Source: an uncultured Thermoplasmata archaeon (GTDB lineage Archaea; Thermoplasmatota; Thermoplasmata; Halarchaeoplasmatales; Halarchaeoplasmataceae). Taken from it: 14,599 bases of DNA. Each line of letters starts with the position of its first letter. Position 1 is the stretch's first letter. Made by a program: the position numbers and the translations under genes. The notes beneath the pieces are model-generated. The model was not told where the DNA came from. It did not search any database and saw nothing but the letters and a program-made list of their open reading frames with translations. The stretch lies in NCBI GenBank assembly GCA_964399335.1, contig CAYNQI010000026.1:1-14599 (forward strand), written 5' to 3'. Of the stretch, positions 8,071 to 14,599 are shown in pieces.

Positions 8071-9576
8071 ATGAGTAGAAGTCCAGAAAAAGAAGCGAGG
8101 AGAGAAGAGTTCGATAGAAAGAAGTTGAAGCAGTTGGGTATGGATAAGGATTTTGACGAGGTCGAGATATTCGAGAACAATTACGAGTATCTTAGGGCAA
8201 TGACCATGCTTGGAAGAAGTATGATTTTAGAGGCTCGATATATGACCAGATATCCATCTAGAGATAGATTCGAAGAGAAGTGTGAAGAATATAGTAAGAT
8301 CTACAAGGGTCTTGAGGAGAAGCGTGAAGAGTCGGAAGAAGAAAGAGGTGAGAAATTCAAAGCTACGAAATTCCTTGAAGGAGAGGGTTTTGACGAGATC
8401 GAAAAGGGAGCTATCAAACTAGCTTATGCCAAGAAAGGTGTCGGTATCAAAGCTTCTAATCCAACGGTAAGAGGGGATGTGCTGATCCATGCACTCAAGA
8501 TGATATCTGATCTTGAGGTTGAAGAGATAAGATCCTATCTTACGATCGGTTCTAAGTTGATGAATGAAGGTTATTTAAGATCCCACCGTAGAGGTAGTCT
8601 TAGAAATCATGAGGGGCTGGAGATGAGGAGTTTCATCATAACTAACTCAACGGTGAATTCGATACTTGAAAACGAGAGCATCGATGTTGAAGAAAGGGAT
8701 ATCACAGGTTTAAGTAGAAAAAGGCATGAAAGAGATAGAGGTGAGAATATCTTGGAGCCGGTTGAAACCGATATCACACTTTCTGATGTGGTACTTCCAG
8801 AAGAAATAAAAGAATCCGTTGGAGCTATAATGACGGAGAAAAAGTACGAAGAAAAGTTCTACGATGAATGGGATATGCAGAGTGTCGTAGGTAATAGAAG
8901 AGGGTTGAACGTGCTCTTTTCCGGACCACCTGGAACCGGCAAAACGATGACTGCCAAGGCCCTCAGCAACCATCTAAACCAGGAACTATACATCATCAGG
9001 TTCGAGGAGTTGGTGAATGTCTGGTACGGTCAGACTGAAAAGAACGTGAAAAAGTTGTTCGAAAAACTCGATGAAAACGGAGGTATCATACTTTTAGACG
9101 AAGCTGATGCGATACTGAAAAAGAGGAGTTCTAACAGAGGGGGAACTAGTGCCACTGAGAACCGGATCGTCAATATATTTCTACAGGGGATGGAGGAACA
9201 CTCTGGTGTAGTCGTGATGACTACGAATCTAGCAGTCAACATGGACAGCGCTTTGAACCGAAGGATCGATCTAAAAGTAGAATTTCCTGTACCGGATGCT
9301 GAAGCAAGAGAAAGTATCTGGATGTACCATCTACCAGATAAACTGCCTTTAGGAGATGATGTCGATCTTAAGGAGCTTGCTGAGAGGTATGAATTCACTG
9401 GTGGAAGTATCAGGAACGCAGCTTTCAATGCAGCAAGGAACGCTCTGCATGCAGAGAGAGATGTTGTAACTAAAGAAGACTTCAATGCCGCTATCAAGAA
9501 AGAGAAGGAAGGAGAGAAAGCAATGAAGTACTCCCTACAGGACGAAGGCGGGGAGATGTTGAAGGGCTACAAGTAG
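8071..9576 (+). CDS. Classical-clade AAA+ ATPase (single AAA module, helical/winged-helix-like N-terminus; Afp15/Pvc15-like architecture)
   Basis: Walker A GPPGTGKT (8923-8946), pore loop VWYGQTEKN, Walker B ILLDEAD, sensor-1 MTTN, second region of homology MDSALNRR, and lid FTGGSIRNAAFNAA. SD-like GGAGAGGT lies upstream. Confidence 0.88.
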   Translation: MSRSPEKEARREEFDRKKLKQLGMDKDFDEVEIFENNYEYLRAMTMLGRSMILEARYMTRYPSRDRFEEKCEEYSKIYKGLEEKREESEEERGEKFKATKFLEGEGFDEIEKGAIKLAYAKKGVGIKASNPTVRGDVLIHALKMISDLEVEEIRSYLTIGSKLMNEGYLRSHRRGSLRNHEGLEMRSFIITNSTVNSILENESIDVEERDITGLSRKRHERDRGENILEPVETDITLSDVVLPEEIKESVGAIMTEKKYEEKFYDEWDMQSVVGNRRGLNVLFSGPPGTGKTMTAKALSNHLNQELYIIRFEELVNVWYGQTEKNVKKLFEKLDENGGIILLDEADAILKKRSSNRGGTSATENRIVNIFLQGMEEHSGVVVMTTNLAVNMDSALNRRIDLKVEFPVPDAEARESIWMYHLPDKLPLGDDVDLKELAERYEFTGGSIRNAAFNAARNALHAERDVVTKEDFNAAIKKEKEGEKAMKYSLQDEGGEMLKGYK

Positions 9577-9630
9577 ATGATTAAGAATAGTTAGTAGGGC
9601 ATAAATGTATGCATAATATGACATGTAATA

Positions 9631-9644
9631 GAAAAACATAAATA
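9631..9644 (+). promoter_or_regulatory. Putative BRE/TATA (GAAAAA-CATAAATA) upstream of the 9677 gene cluster
   Basis: A purine run followed by an AT-rich octamer sits about 33 nt before ATG 9677 in the 100-nt intergenic gap. The downstream genes are spaced only 7-12 nt apart. Confidence 0.35.
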
Positions 9645-9676
9645 GCACATACCGACATAACTCTATTTGTGGTATT

Positions 9677-10732
9677 ATGGCAAGAACGACTGTTCGGGTT
9701 CCGGATGAATTAAAAAGGGAGATGGATAAGATGAATGAAATAAATTGGTCTGAATTTGTTAGAGAAAAGATTAAAGAAAGAATATATCTAACAAAACCGA
9801 CTGAGAGAAAAATAGAGAGATTCATAAAGAGATATGGAAATGATTTAAAAAAATTATGGATACTCCATATATTATCTGAAGGGATCCCTAAAAAGGATGC
9901 ATATAACATAGCTGAACTCATCTTTGGTGAAGAAGTTGATGAAACTGTCGATAATTTAGAAAAGGAAATGGAAGAATTAAATATTAGACAAATCCATAAA
10001 AGATTAAATGAAGGTTCTTTAGTTAGGGATGCCCTACAAAGAGAAATAAATCTAATGGGCATCGAAAATATAAAAAGAAAGGTGAAAAACGATATTAAAA
10101 ACTCATCTAATGAAGTAAAAAACGGGATAATTTTACTTTGCTCATATGTTGAAGATAATTTTGATAGAGACCGATGCACCATAAATTTAGATGGATTTGA
10201 ACGTACTTGGAAAATATATGTTGGACAAAATGTTGATATGAATGATTTGTTATCTACGGGTATAGTTTACAAGTATTTTTATTCATCAAACGCTTATGGA
10301 TATTGGACACTAAGAGTTCCTAGATATGGATTAGATATTTTAGAAGAAATATACCATGGAAACGGTATAAAAGAAGTAAGTTACAATAAACCTAGTTATT
10401 CAACGGTTAAAAATTTGTTAAATAACGATGATAATAGAGAGTTTATTAAGTGGATGGAAGGTTCTAGGAAGTACGTTAAAGAGTATGAGGAGGAAAAAGA
10501 GTTGAAAAGAGAATTTGATGAGACAAATATAGATATCTCTATTGAGGATTTTAAGAAGATTCGAGAAGACTTAATAAAAAAAGATGTTTTGGTAATAAAT
10601 TATAATCCTCATCGAAGTAATACTGGGAGAAGAAATAGTAAGCCTGCAAAGTGGCGTTATGAATTTACAAATTCAGCTTTAACTCATATTGCAGATATCC
10701 TCATGGAAAAATTTAGTGAAATGGAGTTTTAG
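9677..10732 (+). CDS. Hypothetical protein: N-terminal archaeal antitoxin-like RHH domain fused to about 310 aa of unknown, possibly winged-helix, domains
   Basis: Residues 1-36 MARTTVRVPDELKREMDKMNEINWSEFVREKIKERI follow the archaeal RHH pattern (beta strand, PxELKxxM, INWSE). 351-aa open frame. Confidence 0.7.
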   Translation: MARTTVRVPDELKREMDKMNEINWSEFVREKIKERIYLTKPTERKIERFIKRYGNDLKKLWILHILSEGIPKKDAYNIAELIFGEEVDETVDNLEKEMEELNIRQIHKRLNEGSLVRDALQREINLMGIENIKRKVKNDIKNSSNEVKNGIILLCSYVEDNFDRDRCTINLDGFERTWKIYVGQNVDMNDLLSTGIVYKYFYSSNAYGYWTLRVPRYGLDILEEIYHGNGIKEVSYNKPSYSTVKNLLNNDDNREFIKWMEGSRKYVKEYEEEKELKREFDETNIDISIEDFKKIREDLIKKDVLVINYNPHRSNTGRRNSKPAKWRYEFTNSALTHIADILMEKFSEMEF

Positions 10733-10744
10733 GCTGGGATACAC

Positions 10745-11590
10745 ATGGCTTGGTTATTGGATATATATGAAAGTGGTAAACTGATTCTAACACCAGATAT
10801 GATCTGCCCAAATTGTGATACCTTGATTGCATGTAAGAAACACAAATGGGCTTACGATAATTGGTTCATATGGTGGTATAAAAAAAAATTCGGTGAGGTT
10901 CCTGAAATTAATGATTATAAAAAGAGGAATAAAAAAACTAAAAACGAAGAAGTCGGTTATATAGATTTAAAACAAAATACTTTGAATCAATTTGATAAGG
11001 GTAAAAAAATAAAGCTAATGTTCGTTTTAGAAAGTCCAAATGGAAAAACAAGCTATTTTTATAACTTGGATGGAGATCAAACTGGAGTGACTGGTAGATT
11101 AATTTCACCTTTAGAATATAATATTCCTAGCTATCCTTCTAATATTAGTGATAAAAAAGAGCGGATACGTCATTTCATAGAGTATGGATACCTACTCACA
11201 GACTTATTTCACACCCCTCTCAACAATGTAGATAATGTCATGGAACATATTGACCGATTAAAAGATGAAATTGAAGAGATAAATCCGGATAAAATAGTGA
11301 TCATGTTACCAAAAAAGACATTCGATAAAAAAAATATGGAACTTTATATTGAATTGATAAACAAAAATCTAGGCGGAAAACCAATAGACAATAATGATGA
11401 TTTCATAGATAAAGAAATAAACATAATCCAAAAGCTGATTAGTTGTATAAAAGATGAAATTGAAATTAAAGCTGCTCCTTTCCCTGCTACTCAAGGTAGC
11501 CTACCTGATGAATGGAAAAAAAGAGATACCTATAGTTTTTCTGACTGGGTTAAAGAAAACAAAGATTGGTTAGAAATCGAGGAGGAATAG
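10745..11590 (+). CDS. UDG-superfamily-like protein (paralog 1) with an N-terminal Cys/His segment
   Basis: Motif-A-like LMFVLESPN..SYFY (Glu at nt 11030), then F..xGYLLTDLF..P, NPDKIVIMLPKK and a motif-B-like APFP. CPNC...C..H occupies aa 21-33. Clearly homologous to 13710..14456. Confidence 0.65.
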   Translation: MAWLLDIYESGKLILTPDMICPNCDTLIACKKHKWAYDNWFIWWYKKKFGEVPEINDYKKRNKKTKNEEVGYIDLKQNTLNQFDKGKKIKLMFVLESPNGKTSYFYNLDGDQTGVTGRLISPLEYNIPSYPSNISDKKERIRHFIEYGYLLTDLFHTPLNNVDNVMEHIDRLKDEIEEINPDKIVIMLPKKTFDKKNMELYIELINKNLGGKPIDNNDDFIDKEINIIQKLISCIKDEIEIKAAPFPATQGSLPDEWKKRDTYSFSDWVKENKDWLEIEEE

Positions 11591-11597
11591 TGATATT

Positions 11598-12388
11598 ATG
11601 AAATTCGTGCAAGAAAAAGAAAATATGAAAATAGCTAGAAGTTCCTTTAAAGATATCGAAAAGGCAAAGGTGAAAGTAGATTTGACTGACATCGGATTAT
11701 CTTCGATTGATGAAATGAAAGAGTTGAAGGGATCATCAGCTAGGAGAACTGGAGATCGGACCTGTTCGCTTTGTTCTGGAGAAAAGTTGTTAGAAATGTG
11801 TTGGAGGACTTGAAGGAGGCCATTGATATGGGGACTACTACAGCGATAATACATATCGGTAGGGAACATCAATTCCATTCAGGTATCAGAACGGATCTTA
11901 TGGTATTGTTGAGTGAAAACGATGCGCCTTACTTATCTCCTTTCAAACCAAAATATCAAGAAGATTCCATGTGTTACAAATTGTGCGAAAGTCCTAAAGG
12001 TGGTTTTATCCCGGACCTTAAAGATTGGTTTGGAAGTGACCCGATGTTTTCTCATCCGATAACCGATATGCTGTTGACTTTCCAATGGGAACGATCTGAA
12101 GCATCGGGTGAGATCGAAAAGATAATTGAGAACGTAGACTGCGACTGGAAAGATTATGTATGGTGTGAAGGAAGGACAGACCCGAAGAAGGAAAAAGATA
12201 CTAGGGAACGGACTCAGTTGGATAAAGCCAGGGATCTTATGAGAGAAAACAAGTTCGACGGGAAGATAGTCATAACTATACTGAATGGGATCTCTTTAGA
12301 GGCTACCAAAGGCATCAAAAGAGATGCTAACAGATTAAAAACAGATGTAGTGATCTTGGATGAAAACGAGATCGGAGAAGTGTATTAG
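11598..12388 (+). pseudogene. Probable single gene of about 263 aa split by a -1 frameshift near 11735-11770; possible PD-(D/E)XK-like nuclease
   Basis: ORF 11598..11813 has a good start (7 nt after the previous stop) but ends in an atypical tail. ORF 11771..12388 starts at a TTG with no SD. The second frame is open from 11744 (ENWRSDLFALFWRKVV...), and adding one G at GCT AGG/GAG AAC TGG joins the two. The C-terminal part shows ITDMLLTF...VWCEGRT...QLDKA. Confidence 0.5.
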
Positions 12389-12398
12389 GTGATAAAAG

Positions 12399-13544
12399 AT
12401 GACAGATAATGGGCATAGTGATGAAGAAGAGCGCGGGATGATATTATCCCGCTTCAGCAGTGATGTTGTTCAGCAGGCTATAGATGCAGGGATATTGGAT
12501 GAGGATTTACTAGATGTTGAGGACCCAGATGAACGTGGTGATAGATATATCAAGGCATACAGGGAGATACCTCGGATCTTGGACGATCGAGAGAAGATAG
12601 AGGAATTCATAAATCGAGAAAAGGGATACGTACCCTCATTTCCCTGGTTCTGGGGCGAGTACTATCATGTAAGTATGAAGGGGGATAAAAAAATCGTCAA
12701 AGAGAGAAAGGCATCCCAGGAGAGAGAGAGATTCAAAGAACGGATCGGATCACTCATCGATACAGAGGGAGATTACATTAGTCTACTCAATAGTATTCTG
12801 GAAACCGGTGTCGAAGTAAGAGACTTATTCGAAGTTAGTTTTCCCCTACGCGATGGAAAACTGGTTTATGCTTCTACCGGAACAAGGTATATTTTTGAGA
12901 CCGGTGAGGATGAGTGGTCTCGCTCCCTGAAAGTTTCGTCGATATTTGAGCACAAAACGGATCGATACGAACGTTTGTTTGAAATAGAAGGCTTTGTAGC
13001 ATTCGAGGATTATTATGTTGGTACTCCCCTCGAGATGGGTTATAAGGTGTTCATCGCCAGGGAACTCCTGCCACTGATTTACGAGGTTTTGGATGGGACA
13101 GAAGAGATGAAGATCCATGAAGAAAGGTTCGTGGTGAGTGAGGAAGAGATGGAAAAAATACCCAACGTATTATCAGATACTTTAAATAACCATCCTCAGA
13201 CTAATAAAATGAACCTAAAGATACCTCAAGATCCAATAAATGTTGATATAGGTTGGTTTGAAAAATATATAGGACCATTCACCGATGGAAATGTATCCCT
13301 AAACGGTGATGAAATCTCTCGAAAAACAAAGAAGATGATCCTGAAACAAGGAACAGCCATTGCAAGTTATCTATGGAAAAGAAATGATTGGAAAGAAGAA
13401 CTAAAGCAAACTATTGAATGGCCTCAATTCCTGAAATTTTGTAGTAAAAATTATATGATCTTTCTTAAATGGTGGGAAGGGGAACAGGATTGGGATGATA
13501 GTATTCAAGAGTTCATCGATAAATTAGAACAACACTACTATTAG
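12399..13544 (+). CDS. Hypothetical protein, probably a two-part chimera
   Basis: 381-aa ORF with SD AGGTGAT. No recognisable catalytic motif. There is an internal in-frame SD+ATG at 13138-13151 and a GC drop at the same point. Confidence 0.75.
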   Translation: MTDNGHSDEEERGMILSRFSSDVVQQAIDAGILDEDLLDVEDPDERGDRYIKAYREIPRILDDREKIEEFINREKGYVPSFPWFWGEYYHVSMKGDKKIVKERKASQERERFKERIGSLIDTEGDYISLLNSILETGVEVRDLFEVSFPLRDGKLVYASTGTRYIFETGEDEWSRSLKVSSIFEHKTDRYERLFEIEGFVAFEDYYVGTPLEMGYKVFIARELLPLIYEVLDGTEEMKIHEERFVVSEEEMEKIPNVLSDTLNNHPQTNKMNLKIPQDPINVDIGWFEKYIGPFTDGNVSLNGDEISRKTKKMILKQGTAIASYLWKRNDWKEELKQTIEWPQFLKFCSKNYMIFLKWWEGEQDWDDSIQEFIDKLEQHYY

Positions 13545-13709
13545 ACAAACGACTTTGATAATTGTAGATGGCTGTGAGGCTTTTAAAAGTCATCATGTAC
13601 TCGAACTGGTTCTTATTGAGTGTAGAGTAGATGGAAAAAGGAAGAGAAAAATGTTCCGAAAGGATGATATTTAAAGAGATGTTAAAGATAGTGAAAGAGG
13701 ATAGATAAC

Positions 13710-14456
13710 ATGAATAGATATAGAGAAATGAAAATAAAGACAATAGCTGATGCGTATGATATTAGATATGATGAAGAAGACGATATTGAAGAATTGGAAA
13801 AAAAAGTTTATGAAAAAGGGAGAGAAAAAGTAGATCTTATCTTTATTGCTGAAAGTCCTCCTGAATATTCTAAGATCGAGAATTATTTTTATTATGTAGA
13901 AGATGGTGCTTCGGTTAATGGTATAACATCTAATCTTATAAAACGATTAGAAGAGAATGTATATAAAAACGGGAAAAACGATGATGGAAATGAAGACAAA
14001 ATATATAGAATCAAAAAATTTCTTAATAAAGGTTACTGGCTCGAGGATATATTTCCCAAACCCATGGATTGTATAAAAGAGAAAGAAGCGAAGAATAGGG
14101 TCGGCGAGTTAAAACATTTGATCGAAAAGTTAGATCCTGATAAAATCGTTATGTTTTTACCTAAAAAAATATTCAAACATAAATCTATGGAAATATTTTG
14201 TAATGAAATCGGTATCGAGTATCAATATGATAATGATGAATTCAACCTGATCAAAATGCAGGAAAAATTATTGTCAAAACTTTTAGACGATACTATAGCT
14301 TCAAAATTGGCACCGTTTCCAGGGCAAGGTGTACCCAAAGTTTGGAAAGAAAAAGGATATGTTTCATTTAAAAGATGGGTCGAAGACGACGAGACTAAAG
14401 AGAATGTAAAATTTTTAACGATTACTGAAGAAGATCTAAAGACGATGAAAGGATAG
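13710..14456 (+). CDS. UDG-superfamily-like protein (paralog 2)
   Basis: LIFIAESPP...NYFY (Glu at nt 13851), FLNKGYWLEDIFPKP, LDPDKIVMFLPKK and LAPFPGQG occur in the same order as in 10745..11590. SD-like GAGGA lies upstream. Confidence 0.7.
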   Translation: MNRYREMKIKTIADAYDIRYDEEDDIEELEKKVYEKGREKVDLIFIAESPPEYSKIENYFYYVEDGASVNGITSNLIKRLEENVYKNGKNDDGNEDKIYRIKKFLNKGYWLEDIFPKPMDCIKEKEAKNRVGELKHLIEKLDPDKIVMFLPKKIFKHKSMEIFCNEIGIEYQYDNDEFNLIKMQEKLLSKLLDDTIASKLAPFPGQGVPKVWKEKGYVSFKRWVEDDETKENVKFLTITEEDLKTMKG

Positions 14457-14509
14457 TAAAAAGATCAGGATTGGAATTAAGGAGGATATATTATTTATAT
14501 TTAAAAAAA

Positions 14510-14527
14510 TTCTAGAATCATCTAGAA
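14510..14527. repeat. Perfect inverted repeat TTCTAGA-atca-TCTAGAA
   Basis: 7-bp arms at 14510-14516 and 14521-14527 with a 4-nt spacer, in the intergenic region after the last + strand gene. Confidence 0.6.
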
Positions 14528-14542
14528 CTAAAAGTTCCAATT

Positions 14543-14568
14543 AAAAAAATTAAAGGGGAATATCCCCT
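14543..14568 (-). terminator. Hairpin plus T-tract terminator for a convergent minus-strand gene
   Basis: AGGGGA-ATA-TCCCCT stem (14554-14568), followed on the minus strand by TTTAATTTTTTT (A7 at 14543-14549). Confidence 0.5.
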
Positions 14569-14599
14569 AAGCATACATGTTCGAATTATCGTCGTCGTC
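14567..14599 (-). CDS. Possible C-terminal tail of a convergent gene entering from the right edge
   Basis: The minus strand reads GAC GAC GAC GAT AAT TCG AAC ATG TAT GCT TAG (DDDDNSNMYA*) directly into the hairpin/T-tract. Only 11 codons are visible. Confidence 0.3.
   Translation of the reverse strand, partial: DDDDNSNMYA

Larger units (their letters stand above)
306..14456. other. Putative archaeal defence island (mosaic, gene-accretion region)
   Basis: McrBC, additional nuclease-like genes, ATPases, antitoxin-like RHH fusions and two broken genes are clustered together, and GC content varies strongly between blocks. No mobility gene lies inside the window. Confidence 0.7.

Noticed and set aside
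7189-9576. Apparent excess of GATC (about 18 by hand count)
   Set aside because: It can be explained by a preference for ATC Ile codons after G-ending codons in this block. It cannot be tied to methylation without genome-wide statistics.
10880-10888. A9 homopolymer (also A8 near 6346) as phase-variation tracts
   Set aside because: Such runs are expected from Lys codons in AT-rich genes, and both frames are intact.
6429-13743. Other antisense ORFs (6429..6635, 7917..8180, 8710..8973, 9030..9497, 9535..10182, 11570..11878, 12846..13118, 13513..13743)
   Set aside because: They have the same shadow pattern opposite acidic + strand genes, with no SD or recognisable domains.
13630-13830. Similar purine strings GAAAAAGGAAGAGAAAAA / GAAAAAGGGAGAGAAAAA and a 25-codon ORF at 13630-13707
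   Set aside because: The match is low-complexity and the ORF is too short to support.
1-14599. CRISPR array, IS element, integrase or DNA methyltransferase
   Set aside because: There are no regularly spaced repeats, no terminal inverted repeats flanking a transposase, and no tyrosine-recombinase, FxGxG or DPPY motifs in any ORF.

Overview
AT-rich, compositionally mosaic accessory region that reads as an archaeal defence island. Archaeal origin is inferred from GGTGA(GG)-type ribosome-binding sites, TATA-like boxes and acidic proteins; a halophilic host is plausible but not provable here. The left edge holds the 5' end of a more GC-rich minus-strand gene, followed by a minus-strand gene split by one in-frame TAG. 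All remaining genes are on the + strand: (1) a 1313-aa McrB-family GTPase with about five N-terminal domains including EVE; (2) a McrC-like nuclease; (3) a further PD-(D/E)XK-like protein; (4) a ribbon-helix-helix (RHH) domain fused to a miniature, catalytically degenerate Rad50/SMC-type ABC ATPase; (5) a classical AAA+ ATPase; (6) an RHH fused to a probable winged-helix protein; (7) two paralogous uracil-DNA-glycosylase (UDG)-superfamily-like proteins; (8) a frameshifted nuclease-like gene; (9) an apparently chimeric hypothetical gene. No methyltransferase, integrase, transposase, tRNA, rRNA or CRISPR array is visible. The best candidates for an undescribed system are the paired UDG-like proteins next to an EVE-McrBC (possible restriction of modified DNA by base excision) and the two RHH-fusion modules. 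All family calls come from motif recognition by eye, without database searches. GC values are hand counts of sampled 60-nt lines.
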